Shown piece by piece: positions 1 through 9,929 of a stretch of DNA of 64,000 nucleotides (within the stretch, counting starts at the first letter, position 1; each line of letters starts with the position of its first letter). A program made the translations under genes and the position numbers. The stretch covers positions 25,821 to 89,820 of the forward strand of contig CAVUOF010000001.1 in the NCBI GenBank assembly GCA_963743045.1, given 5' to 3'. Source of the DNA: an uncultured Acidobacteriota bacterium (GTDB lineage Bacteria; Acidobacteriota; Blastocatellia; RBC074). Under the pieces are notes generated by a model. The model saw nothing but the letters and a program-made list of their open reading frames with translations, searched no databases and had not been told where the DNA came from.

Positions 1-552
1 CCAGGGGGAATGTAGGTCGCGCGCATCGTTGCCCCAACGCTGGCCTCGGCCAGGATCTTGTCGGCAAACTGGATTTGATACTTATCGATCCCAGATTTCC
101 CGATATCGCTGGTGATGAACTCAACCAGTTCGTCACGAGTCATCGTGTGAATGCCGTTTTCCAGAGCCTTGCAGCGCGTTGCGATATTCGGGAGCAAGAT
201 CCGGATTGCGCGCGATGATCTGCCCCATCTTCTGCAGACTGGGAACTTTGGAAACGAATTCTACGAGATAGTCGCCGGCCGACGTGTTTGGCGGCAGCAT
301 GGCCAGGCCAACCACCTTGTCCAACAGACGATTATCCGAGAGATGATCCAGAAAATTGAGCATCGCATCGTGAACGATTGGGATCCAGATGTCTCCCCAC
401 TTTTCGGGGATAATGTTAAGGACTCCGGACTGATGCACCAGGAACTCAATGATTATCGGACGATGGGCTGCCCAGTCAGTTTTCTTGAGCAAAGCCACGG
501 CCGTCTCCCTCACTAGTGGGGGTTGGCTGGGTAACCCGGCTGCTTCAGCCAT
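1..552 (-). CDS. ABC1/UbiB-family atypical kinase, N-terminal part. It continues beyond the window start and has an apparent frameshift at about 135-143.
   Basis: ORF 133..552 ends ...FVSKVPSLQKMGQIIARNPDLAPEYRNALQ, matching the ABC1 signature LGPTFIKLGQ-LSTRPDLLP-EY. An unlisted minus-strand ORF from 143 to before position 1 (MTRDELVEFITSDIGKSG...FADKILAEASVGATM) continues the kinase pattern in the +1 frame. Confidence 0.35.
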
Positions 553-566
553 GCTCTTGAGTTTCT

Positions 567-929
567 TTAATCTGCCAGCGCGGCCTCGGAGTTCACAGTG
601 GTGTTCTGAATCCCGGCTGCGAGTGCGAAACGCAAAAGTACTTTCTGGGCTTCCGGCTCGAATTCCTTCATTAACTCCATCAATAGCGGTAGCCCGGAAG
701 TGCCTCGCTTGAAAGTGTCGTAGTGACCGCGCGGGGTTGGCAGGGAAATCTGCTTACGAGTTTCCTGAGGTGGCCTTTTGGTTTCTGCCAGCGAGCTTGG
801 ACAGAGTTGCGTTATCTGGCCCAGCAACAGCGACGCGGCAATCAACAGGCTGCTAACATTGCTTATTCGCGCGCGGGTGAAGAATCCGCGCGAATTCTCT
901 CTTGTTTGTCTTGAAAATTCGGAAAACAT
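567..929 (-). CDS. Hypothetical secreted protein. The start is uncertain and the upstream part of ORF 567..1166 is low-complexity.
   Basis: There is an internal Met followed by the hydrophobic segment ISNVSSLLIAASLLLGQ. No recognisable domain was found. Confidence 0.2.
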   Translation of the reverse strand: MFSEFSRQTRENSRGFFTRARISNVSSLLIAASLLLGQITQLCPSSLAETKRPPQETRKQISLPTPRGHYDTFKRGTSGLPLLMELMKEFEPEAQKVLLRFALAAGIQNTTVNSEAALAD

Positions 930-1182
930 GGGTGGTAAACCTCCCCGCCTTTCTGTGAAAAACTCGTGTTCGTCTCGCTTTATCAGCTTCAACGTTTTGA
1001 CCGCCGAAGAACAGACCAGCCTGGCAGCGCCAGCTATGTCCGAATTCGACAAAATAATGACGCCTAAACCCCAAATGCCTTGGTCACGAATACTGTCAAA
1101 TCTGACCGCATCTAAAAGGCCCACGCGAGGCCGACCGGTGCTGAAACTCTTTCCCGCTCGAATCACCTGGTTTCGTCATAGC

Positions 1183-3360
1183 TCAAATAACCCAATGGAG
1201 CACGTTGCGAATTACTGACCACCGCCTTCTTGGGGGAGCGGCATCTCGTCCGAGAATCCAGTGGTCGTAGAGAGATTGGATCGTCCCGTCCTTGTTCTTG
1301 AGGTCGATCCAGTTCGAGAGGAATCGCGCGGCCTCAACGTCATGTCTCGCCACCGGATAGGCCAGCGGTACCTTGAGGATGACCGGATGCGGGACCGCCA
1401 CCGAGAAAGCGGGATGGAGCAGCGTCAAGAAAGAGCCCCGTTCAGCGGACAGGACCAGGGCGTCAAGGGGCTCGCCGCGCCCCGCGAAATAGTCGTCGAA
1501 TCCTCCTGACTGGTTCAGGGGAAGCATGATGGTAGTCACGTCCGGGAACTCTCGATGGACAAGCTCAAGATAGTACGGAAGGTTCGGAACTCCCACTCGC
1601 AGCCCCGGAGTCTTGCGGATCCAATTCGCGTCCGAAAAATCAGCGCGGCGATGGTCCGGTACTACAAAGGACATCGTCTCATCTAAATAGTTGGACGAAA
1701 AGGCGATCTGGGCGGCGCGAGGCGTCGTCAGCACAACTCCCCCCATAACTAGATCGCACTGGTTGGCGTTCAGCACCTCGACCAGGCGATCGCGGGCGAC
1801 CGGAGCGAACTCGAGCGCGATGCCCAGTTCTGCCGCCAGGTTGTAGGCCATCTCGATATCAAGGCCGACAAGCTCGCCTCTGTCGTTCGCAAAGCTGTAC
1901 GGCATAGCGCCGTCGATGTAGCCCACCCGCAGCCGCCCACGCTCCCGGGCGGCTTCCATCACGGAGACGCCCGCGCGCGGGAGTGGGAGCGGCTCTTTCG
2001 GCATTTCGCTCAGGACAACGGCTTTCTGCGAGGGAGGACGCCGGAATTGCATGTCCATTACCAGGTGGCCCTTGTCATAGGTTCCCCGGTTGGTCGCCCG
2101 GAGCATGAAGCCTACTCCAGCCAGCGTGAGACCCGTTGCAACCACCGTGATCACGCAGTAGCGAAGTATGCGCAAGGGCGAGAAGCGCAGCTTGCCGGTC
2201 ATCGCGTAGGTCCCCACCAGGGCCAAAACGACCATGTGCATGGCCGCAGCCAGCGTACCGAAACGTGAGTTGACGACACCGGTTGCGAGGAAGAGCTGGA
2301 ACGTATCGGAAGGGATGCGTGAGAGATCCAGCAGGAATGGAATCGCCGAGTTCATGCTGCCAAACAGGCTTGCGATTCCCGCCAGCCCGAGCTGGGCCCG
2401 AGTTGCCCACGACACCAGCGTGTCCGAATACCAGGCAGCGAAGAGCACGAAACTAAGGGAGAGCAGCTTGGCCACGTGGGGGAAGTTGTAGAATGCGGGG
2501 ATGATTATGTCCGCCGGCGCCCCTTCCTCAGGCTCTTCGAGCCCATGCTCTTCCAGCAATTCCTTCGAGCGGTCGACCAGGATTGCCAGCACGACAAACA
2601 GTTCACCGGTTATGAATGCGGTAATCAGCGCATCCCGCGTGGCCTGCAAGACGCGGCGCGCTGGGATCGGGGTCACGCAAGCAACCAGCCCGGGCAAGAT
2701 CCAGAAGGTGAGGAGTAGCGACATTGCTCCGTACCCGATCAGAAATACCCGCAAGCGGCCCATTTGCTCGGTGTCCATCGTTCCCACTGTGTTCGCGGCA
2801 ATAGCGAAGAGGCCGATTGGCGTCAGACGGACCGCAAACTTGTTCGCCCGACCGAGTACTTTCTCGACAACCGAAAGCCAGGAAAGCAATGGCTCTTTCT
2901 GCTCTTTCTCAATGCCGATCAGCGCGACGCCCAGGAATCCGCTGAACAGGACGACTGCGGGCACGACATTATTAGCCAGAGACTGGAATGCGTTCGTCGG
3001 GATGTAGAGGGAAATGAAGTCCAGGGGGGGCACCTCTGCGACGAGAGTGGTGCTGAAAAAGGAGGCTGTTACTACCGTGGGGAAGGCGAGCGGCATCAGA
3101 AACACTAGACCGAGCGCCAGCCCCCACAACAAAACTGTGAGCAGCCCCACCCGCAGAAAGAGACTGCGCGCTTTTGAAACGTCCAGACTGCCAAAGCCCC
3201 CGATCACTGAAACGATCAGGTAAGGCAGCACGGTCATCTGGAGCAGCCGGACATAGGCGTCGGCCACAAACTTGAATCCACCGGCCAGCTCGCCCAGAAA
3301 GAACCCGGTCGCGATACCCAAAGCGAGCCCAATCAGAATGTTGCGTGTCGAACGAGTCAT
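1183..3360 (-). CDS. Dicarboxylate/amino-acid:cation symporter (DAACS/SDF family) fused to a C-terminal periplasmic solute-binding domain (SBP family 3).
   Basis: This is a single intact 725-aa ORF. The N-terminal ~430 aa are polytopic with SDF-family motifs (LLQMTVLPYLIVSVIGGFGSLD). The C-terminal ~250 aa resemble an amino-acid ABC substrate-binding protein (VGYIDGAMPYSFANDRGELVGLDIEMAYNLAAELG). Confidence 0.7.
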   Translation of the reverse strand: MTRSTRNILIGLALGIATGFFLGELAGGFKFVADAYVRLLQMTVLPYLIVSVIGGFGSLDVSKARSLFLRVGLLTVLLWGLALGLVFLMPLAFPTVVTASFFSTTLVAEVPPLDFISLYIPTNAFQSLANNVVPAVVLFSGFLGVALIGIEKEQKEPLLSWLSVVEKVLGRANKFAVRLTPIGLFAIAANTVGTMDTEQMGRLRVFLIGYGAMSLLLTFWILPGLVACVTPIPARRVLQATRDALITAFITGELFVVLAILVDRSKELLEEHGLEEPEEGAPADIIIPAFYNFPHVAKLLSLSFVLFAAWYSDTLVSWATRAQLGLAGIASLFGSMNSAIPFLLDLSRIPSDTFQLFLATGVVNSRFGTLAAAMHMVVLALVGTYAMTGKLRFSPLRILRYCVITVVATGLTLAGVGFMLRATNRGTYDKGHLVMDMQFRRPPSQKAVVLSEMPKEPLPLPRAGVSVMEAARERGRLRVGYIDGAMPYSFANDRGELVGLDIEMAYNLAAELGIALEFAPVARDRLVEVLNANQCDLVMGGVVLTTPRAAQIAFSSNYLDETMSFVVPDHRRADFSDANWIRKTPGLRVGVPNLPYYLELVHREFPDVTTIMLPLNQSGGFDDYFAGRGEPLDALVLSAERGSFLTLLHPAFSVAVPHPVILKVPLAYPVARHDVEAARFLSNWIDLKNKDGTIQSLYDHWILGRDAAPPRRRWSVIRNVLHWVI

Positions 3361-3526
3361 CGTCCCCGTCTTCTAGAATTGTCTCGCGCGTCAGTGCCGC
3401 CCGCGCCGATGGACACCAGAGTTAGAAGAACGAAGGCAAGGATCACTGGACGCTGAGCGAGCGGGCATAGAACCTCCGGGATCTCGGTTGCGAGCGGCAC
3501 TATTGCTTGTGGAGCGACTCACTCTT

Positions 3527-4873
3527 TCAACCTTCCTGAAGTTGTGATGTTGCGTCAGCCAAAGGTTGCTCTGCCGCCGGCGCAGTCAAGCGGTAGTACT
3601 CTCGCAAAAGCAGAATAGCGACACCAATGGCTATCAATACAAAAGCGATGTTGGCATGAGCAAACCCCGCTACGCCGAAACTCAACAGGTGCGTGCCCAG
3701 GAACACGACCCCAGCCGCGAGCATATCGCCGGTCCGCACGAAGAAGGTGTCGATCGCCTGCTTGGCTTTGTACTTCTCCTCGCGACTCGTGGGCAGCCAT
3801 AGCATCTGCTTTCCCGTGTTCATAACCGAGTAGTCAGTGCTGTTCTCTGCGATTTTCACATAGAGCAGTACCGAAAGCCCCGCCCCGACTGCGGCCATGC
3901 TGTAAGCGCTGAACGCCACAATCGGAAGCGCGAGGAGAACGCCACGCATGCCGAACTTCTTGACAATCCGCGACACGAGAAAAGCCTGTATGAGAATAGT
4001 GGCTACGTTCGTCCAGAAGAAATACTTGCCATAGAACGTACCGATGAAGGCTTCCTTGTCAAAGCCGGAGTTCGCCGCAAGCTGGGCGTCACCCGTCGTG
4101 ACCACGGCCTGTCCGAGGATGTACTCGCCGACTGTGTTAACGATGTTTAGAATGACCAGGAAGAGAGCGATGAGGCGCAGATATTGGCTCTTCAACACGA
4201 GAGCGAACCCGTCGCCCTTCTCCACTTTACGTGCCGGCGCCGAACCCGCAGCCAGGCGGCGGTTTACGATCCGGTACAGGCCGAGGTGCAGCAGCAGGAT
4301 CCCGGCCGCAATCTCCATCATGACGAACGGGTTCTCATGCAGCCCGAAGAGCCATTCGGCCAGGGCTGCTCCCAGCGGCGCCCCGGCCGCCGAGCCAACC
4401 GCGATCAGCGGGAACAGGCGATCCCCAGCGGCGCGGTCATAGATCTCGTTTGCATAGGACCAGAACTGGGCAATCGTCGTGAGGCTGAAGATACCTACCC
4501 ACACAAAGAAGATGAAGCCCAGATGCGGCACTCCGATCCGGCTCCCAAGGAAGAAGAACTGGATGCAGCCGACGAAGAAAAGTATGACGGTCATTAGAAA
4601 GCGCTGCCGCGGGAGCCGTGACGCCAACCATCCGTATGCAGGGACATAGATGACGAGGGTAAGCGCCTGGGCAGCGGCGGCGTAAGACTTGAGCTGAGCT
4701 CCGCCTGCCATCAGGATGAGCGGCTCGCGGACGGTCTTCAGCACGTAGTAAGCTACTAAGAGCAGGAATACGTTGAGGGCCATTAGAAGGACCGTCCCGC
4801 CCTCCCCGGCCCGCACATCACCAAAGATCCTGAGAAGTCGATCGAGTGGGCCGGGTGTTGGTGTGTCGTTCAT
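3527..4873 (-). CDS. TLC/AAA-family (Npt/Tlc ATP:ADP antiporter-like) nucleotide transporter-like membrane protein.
   Basis: The 448-aa protein has about 12 transmembrane segments. Its N-terminus (LLMALNVFLLLVAYYVLKTVREPL) and the motif FWSYANEIYDRAAGDRLFPLIAVGSAAG match the Tlc family pattern FWxFANEI...KRFYxLFGxGAN. Confidence 0.45.
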   Translation of the reverse strand: MNDTPTPGPLDRLLRIFGDVRAGEGGTVLLMALNVFLLLVAYYVLKTVREPLILMAGGAQLKSYAAAAQALTLVIYVPAYGWLASRLPRQRFLMTVILFFVGCIQFFFLGSRIGVPHLGFIFFVWVGIFSLTTIAQFWSYANEIYDRAAGDRLFPLIAVGSAAGAPLGAALAEWLFGLHENPFVMMEIAAGILLLHLGLYRIVNRRLAAGSAPARKVEKGDGFALVLKSQYLRLIALFLVILNIVNTVGEYILGQAVVTTGDAQLAANSGFDKEAFIGTFYGKYFFWTNVATILIQAFLVSRIVKKFGMRGVLLALPIVAFSAYSMAAVGAGLSVLLYVKIAENSTDYSVMNTGKQMLWLPTSREEKYKAKQAIDTFFVRTGDMLAAGVVFLGTHLLSFGVAGFAHANIAFVLIAIGVAILLLREYYRLTAPAAEQPLADATSQLQEG

Positions 4874-4930
4874 TTGGGGCGTTTCTCCTTTGTATTCTCT
4901 CTGGTGTCTTAGGGTCTTTCCTTCCGTCGT

Positions 4931-5182
4931 TCAGAGAGTGATCGCGCCTGAGAGTCTGCACGAGTACCCTTCCACGGTCGACTTGTTCGAGAGCGAAAAC
5001 GCCATGCTGAATGTCAGACTCTTGTGGTTGTCCCACTCACCAAACTGCGGTTGGTAGTAGACCAACTTGCCCGACGCGTTTATTTTCTGGCGAGGCCAAC
5101 CCGGATCCCGCGCAAAGCTCGTGCTGGTGAAAGTGAGCAGTAAGATCGATATGAATAAAACGCTCTTCACATTCCTCCCCAA
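4931..5182 (-). CDS. Small secreted hypothetical protein.
   Basis: 83-aa ORF with a signal-peptide-like N-terminus (MKSVLFISILLLTFTSTSFA) inside an otherwise non-coding ~800-bp region. Confidence 0.25.
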   Translation of the reverse strand: MGRNVKSVLFISILLLTFTSTSFARDPGWPRQKINASGKLVYYQPQFGEWDNHKSLTFSMAFSLSNKSTVEGYSCRLSGAITL

Positions 5183-5685
5183 GGGTTAGGTCAGGCGTGT
5201 CCGGATAGATCAGCCGCGAAAAGTCAGCCCTGGCCCCACATGACCGGCGGACACGGGCATTCGCGCTCGGCCATCAGTAGCACACTTAGGCCGAGAACGA
5301 TACGAGTTCACTCAACCTCTGATTCAGCCCTCCCGTGTCGGGCATAGCGAGCAATCTTTGTGCCGTGATGAATACTGGTGAATTTTCGTTCACAGGTCTG
5401 CTGCGAATGCGGAAACCGGCCCTGCCCCTGCGGATATTTCCGCAGAAGCGTGTGACCGACCTGACAAATTGTGATTAGGGACACGGGTCGGGGCGGCGAG
5501 GTTGATTCCTTTTCCTGTCAAATGTGACAGTTACTAAACCGGCGACCTGAATTGTACACTCAGCTCGAATCTGTCTGGGCAGTCCTGTTCGCGTACGCTG
5601 CAAGGTGCTAAGAGCGAACTGAGTTAGCAATTGCGGAGAGTTCAAGAAGAATTTGAGCGCAGCCATTTGATTGCTCTGAACGGCC

Positions 5686-5960
5686 ATGGCGATCCCGCCA
5701 GGATACCATGCTCTGGTCGGTACGAAATTCGCTCAAAGCTGGGCGCGCGCGGTATGGGGGGAAGTGTATCTCGCCGACGACCTCAACTTGCACTGCAAAG
5801 TCGCCATCAAAGTTCTGCGCGCCGACGTCATCAAGCGATAGAGATCGGGTCCGGCGTTTCGAGATCGAGGCTTTTGCGGCCTCCAGTCTGAATCACCCGA
5901 ACATTCTGACAATTTATGAAATTGGCCATGAAAATGAATGCCACTTCATCGTCACGCTCT
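5686..5960 (+). pseudogene. Ser/Thr protein kinase N-terminal remnant (subdomains I-III only), with multiple frameshifts and then truncation.
   Basis: Across three frames the sequence reads [12 protein letters not shown] / [15 protein letters not shown] / [26 protein letters not shown] / [35 protein letters not shown], which is the glycine loop and VAIK motifs of Hanks kinases. Confidence 0.5.
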
Positions 5961-7011
5961 GAAGACCAACCCGAAGAGTCTCGTTGCCCTGCCATACTCG
6001 AGCGGCACCACTGGTCTGCCCAAGGGAGTGATGCTCACGCATGAGAATCTCGTGCGCAATCACACGCAGTATGTCGATGCCATGAGGCTGAGTCCCGAAG
6101 ACTGCTACATTGTCTACATGCCGCTTTCGCACATCTATGGGATTGCGCTCATGGGTGCAGTCGATCATGTCGGGTGCGAAGCAGATCATTCTCGAGAGGT
6201 TCGATCTGGAAGAGGTCGTCCGCCTCATTGAAAAACATGACGTGACCTGGCTCTTTACGGTTCCACCTGTGCTCCTCACTATGGCGAATGCGCCTGGGCT
6301 GTCGCCCTCGCAATTCCGTACTATCAAGTTCGTCTTCAGCGCCGGCGCGCCCCTTGCCCCAGAGGTCGCACGCCGAGTAGAGGCCCGGCTCGGCCTGCGT
6401 GTCATTCAAGGCTACGGCCTGACAGAGGCGTCGCCGGCCACTCACAATAGTCCGCTGGACGCCGATCGCATAAAACTCGAGAGCGGCGGAGTGCCACTCG
6501 CAGCCACCGAGCATCGGATAGTCGATCTTGAGACGGGCACGCGTGATCTGCCGCCGGGCAGTGTCGGGGAGATCGTCGTCCGGGGCCCGCAGGTTATGCA
6601 GGGCTATTGGAACGCGCCGGAAGAGACTGCGCGGGCACTCCGCGATGGCTGGCTCTACACCGGCGACGTCGGATGGCTCGACGAAGAGGGATATGTATAC
6701 ATCTGCGACCGCAAGAAGGAGATGATCAAGTACAAGGGCTTCAGTATTGCTCCGGCGGAGCTGGAATCGGTGCTTCTCGAGCACGAGGATGTCGAAGACT
6801 GTGGCGTGACCGGGGTAGAAGATGCTGAAGCTGGAGAGCTGCCGAAGGCGTTCATTGTTGCGCGTGCAGGACGCGAGATCGATTTTGACGCGCTCGCGCT
6901 TTTTGTTGCGGAGCGCGTGGCGGGCTATAAGCAGATACGTCAGTTCGAAGTAGTCGACGCGATTCCGAGGAATCCTTCGGGAAGATCCTGCGGCGGCTGC
7001 TGAGACGATAG
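5945..7011 (+). pseudogene. AMP-dependent synthetase/ligase (acyl-CoA synthetase-like) missing its N-terminal third, with at least two frameshifts.
   Basis: It begins inside the AMP-binding motif (LPYSSGTTGLPKGVMLTHENL) with no upstream start. There is a frameshift near 6160. The C-terminal ...IPRNPSGKILRRLL is recovered only in the -1 frame at 6979. Confidence 0.6.
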
Positions 7012-7016
7012 CCGAC

Positions 7017-7130
7017 GTAGGGGCGGTCATGTAGGGGCGGCTCGCGAGCCGCCCCCACACGCACCATCGCTATAAAGGCCTTTATTCTTATGTGGGCCTG
7101 GTGGGGCGGCTCGCGAGCCGCCCCTACGGC
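7017..7130. repeat. REP-like family C: two copies of the 28-bp perfect palindrome GTAGGGGCGGCTCGCGAGCCGCCCC(C/T)AC.
   Basis: Copies lie at about 7032-7059 and 7097-7124. A third half-copy is at 40979-41000. The repeat sits between the convergent 3' ends of the acyl-CoA ligase pseudogene and fdhA. Confidence 0.6.
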
Positions 7131-7266
7131 CTTGATGAGGATCTTAAACGCTTGTTAAGCCACTCAAGCTTTATCTCTACGGCGCCATGGCAGTGCATCG
7201 ACGGGATTGAACTATGGCTGTTTGACTGCTAATGTCTCTGGGGCTCGCCCCATTCCCAGAACTCCC

Positions 7267-8480
7267 TCACTTCCTCAGCGTTCCGTTCGGGTCGATGACG
7301 AACTTCTTCGCCGCGCCCTTATCGAAGTCCTGATAGCCGTTCGGAGCTTCTTCCAGCGAAATGATCTGTACGTTGACTGCCTTGGCGATCTGAATCTTGT
7401 CGTGCAAGATCGCTTGCATCAACTGGCGATTATATTTGAGCACCGGGCACTGGCCCGTGTGGAACGAGTGACTCTTGGCCCAGCCCAGCCCGATGCGGAT
7501 GCCGAGCAAGCCGATTTTGGCGCTTTCGTCCGTTGCGCCGGGGTCAGCCGTGACGTACAGCCCCGGAATGCCCAACGCGCCGCCCGCCCGCGTGACTTCC
7601 ATGATCGAGTTCAGGACCGTCGCGGCTTGCTCGCGCTTGGCATCCCTGCCCTGTCCATGCGCTTCGAAGCCGACACAGTCAACAGCTGAATCTACTTCAG
7701 GCACGCCGAGGATCTGCTCCACTTGTTGTGCGAGCGTCGCGTCGTGAGTCAGGTCAATTGTCTCGCATCCAAAGCTCTTCGCCTGTGCCAGGCGCTGCTT
7801 GTATCATGTCGCCGACAATCACAACGGCGGCACCGAGCAGGTGGCAAGATGCCGCACACGCCAGCCCGACAGGCCCGCGCCCGCGACGTACACCGTAGAC
7901 CCCGGGCCCACGCCTGCCGTCACCGCGCCGTGATAGCCGGTCGGGAATATGTCGCTCAAAAGGGTCAGATCACGGATTTTCGCCATCGCCTTATCTTTGT
8001 CTGGAAATTTGAGCAGGTTGAAATCGGCATACGGGACCATCACGTACTCAGCCTGGCCGCCGACCCATCCGCCCATATCAACATATCCATACGCCGCTCC
8101 AGGACGCGCCGGATTAACCGTCAGACAAATGCCGGTCTCGCCTTCACGGCAGTTCCGGCAGCGGCCGCAGGCAATGTTGAACGGCACGCTCACAGGTCAC
8201 CGACCTTGACCATTTCGACGTCACTGCCTTTCTCGATGACTTCACCCGTGATCTCGTGGCCGAGAATCAGACCTTTCGGGGCCGTGGTCCGGCCGCGAAC
8301 CATATGCTGGTCGGACCCGCAGATATTGGTCGTGACAATCTTCAGAATGACGCCATGCGGCGCGTCTTTCCCGCCGAACGGATTGGTCTCGCTCGCGGGC
8401 ATCTTCAGTTTCGGATATTCGATGGATTGAACTTCCACCTTACCTGGCTCAACGTAGGCAACTCCTCGATTGCTAGCCAT
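7267..8480 (-). CDS. fdhA: Glutathione-independent formaldehyde dehydrogenase (Zn-dependent ADH family), split into three ORFs by two 1-nt indels.
   Basis: ORFs 8190..8588, 7819..8193 and 7267..7722 together give MASNRGVAYVEPGKVEVQ...TNICGSDQHMVRGRTTA...GDL | VSVPFNIACGRCRNCREGETGICLTVNPARPG...VYVAGAG | ...VDCVGFEAHG...LGWAKSHSFHTGQCPV. The whole reconstruction is near-collinear with Pseudomonas FdhA. At 8190 a single g is missing in ggtgacctg(g)tgagc. Confidence 0.7.
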
Positions 8481-8520
8481 GACAAATCTCCTTTCTTGCT
8501 TTCTATAATTCCGGTTAAGC

Positions 8521-8913
8521 TCAAAAAGCTTGCGCGCCTGCTTCAGCCACAGCGTGATCCTGTTCTCCCGAACCGCCGCTGACGCCAATGGCGCCCACGA
8601 CTTTTCCTTCTTTCTTCAGCGGAATGCCGCCGGCGAAAATCATGATTTTGCCGTTATTGGAGGCATGAATTCCGAAGAACTGGCCGCCCGACTGGCTGTG
8701 CGCGGCAAGATCTTTGGTCGAAATGTCAAAAGCGCGCGATGTGAACGCCTTCTTCTGGGAGATGTCGATACTGCCGATCCAGGCATTGTCCATGCGAACG
8801 TGCGCGACGATATTGCCGCCTTCATCAGCCACGGCAATGTTCATCGGTTGTCCAATTTCAGCAGCCTTCTTTTCAGCTGCCGCAATCACTCTTCGTGCAT
8901 CTTCTAAACGCAT
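8521..8913 (-). CDS. GlcG/HbpS-like heme-binding protein (DUF336).
   Basis: 130-aa protein with GGxIVAHVRMDNAW...GAIGVSGGSGEQD. It is in tandem with the downstream dehydrogenase, a common arrangement. Confidence 0.55.
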   Translation of the reverse strand: MRLEDARRVIAAAEKKAAEIGQPMNIAVADEGGNIVAHVRMDNAWIGSIDISQKKAFTSRAFDISTKDLAAHSQSGGQFFGIHASNNGKIMIFAGGIPLKKEGKVVGAIGVSGGSGEQDHAVAEAGAQAF

Positions 8914-9064
8914 TGGGACTCTCCTTTTCTAAAAGTTGGTTAGTTAAGCTGACAGTGAACGCCCTGGCCAAAATCTCGACCTGACTTCATGAACCGCTTG
9001 GCATCTTTGCAGCTGAGCGCAATCGCGTATTGAGCGATTGGCTGTCGCCGAGCCTCTCTTTGCG

Positions 9065-9630
9065 CTATCCCATTCCCCAGAAGTTCCACTTGAACCGCCG
9101 CTGGTAGCCCATTTGCGCATAAAGTGGCTCTCCCATACGGCTCGCATCAAGTGAGGTCGGTTTCTTCGGCGCGGCGGCGAGTGCAGCTCGCATTGCCACC
9201 TCTGCATAACCCTTTTGCCGGTGCTCTGGATCGGTCGCGACGGCAGCGACGTACGTCCAGTCGCCCAGATCAATGGCGGTCGCTGTACTGACGGGAACTC
9301 CTTCCCGGTTGTAGACGACAAACCCGAACTCCTTCTCCGGATCTGAGAAGTAGACATTCGCGTCGACGACATCTTCGGCCACCTCGACTGGCATGCCGTA
9401 AGCCCGGCAGTTCAGATTCAATGCATCAAATCCCAGCGCTCGCGAATCTATCCTCTTGATCTGGAGGTCCGTCGGCAGGGGCCGCAGTGGCTCTGCCAGC
9501 GCGCCCCCGCATTCCATCACAGTCATGTCCAGCATGTGGTGCATGCCGAGAGCTCCCAATACATCGTTGGCCTCTTCAAGGCTGACTGGAAGCCACGGTT
9601 CTGGTATGCCAAACATCCACGGCAGCATGT
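9065..9630 (-). CDS. GNAT family N-acetyltransferase. The start is uncertain and the long 5' part of the ORF is probably not coding.
   Basis: The C-terminal part carries motif A/B-like sequence (...HRQKGYAEVAMRAALAAA...GEPLYAQMGY). Confidence 0.45.
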
Positions 9631-9929
9631 GTGGAGCGGCATCGGCTGCAGCCGCCTCCGCAGATGTTTTCACATCCGCCGCACTCCTGAGCGGGCCGGC
9701 AGGCGTCGTCAGGTTGTTGACGATTAATTGCGTGTGGGACCAGGTCGCGTGTATTCCGTTGGAGTTGCGTATCTCGCCGCGCGTCGAACGCCGCGCGCAC
9801 CATTCATTGAATCGGATCCAGTGCATCGTTGAAAGATAATACTTGGAGAGTCAACAATCCAGATTCATTGCGGAAGGGCCTGCGTTGCTTGCGACAAATC
9901 CTGGACGGTAGAATGTTAGTCCATACAAC

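Noticed and set aside
133-552. Treating 133..552 and 1..143 as two separate small genes with an ATGA overlap.
   Set aside because: The junction falls exactly where the ABC1 kinase motif continues (LQD / VPPF..EEA..IIEEELG) in the +1 frame. This matches the indel pattern seen across the window, so a single frameshifted kinase is more parsimonious. Confidence remains modest.
4874-5690. 800-bp gene-free stretch inspected for ncRNA, tRNA or a riboswitch.
   Set aside because: Only a generic hairpin (TGCGGAAA-N21-TTTCCGCA) was found. There is no tRNA cloverleaf or recognisable riboswitch core. It is probably decayed DNA adjacent to the kinase/ligase pseudogenes.
7207-7747. Plus-strand ORFs 7207..7689 and 7475..7747.
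   Set aside because: They are antisense to the FdhA C-terminal segment, which aligns residue by residue to known formaldehyde dehydrogenase.
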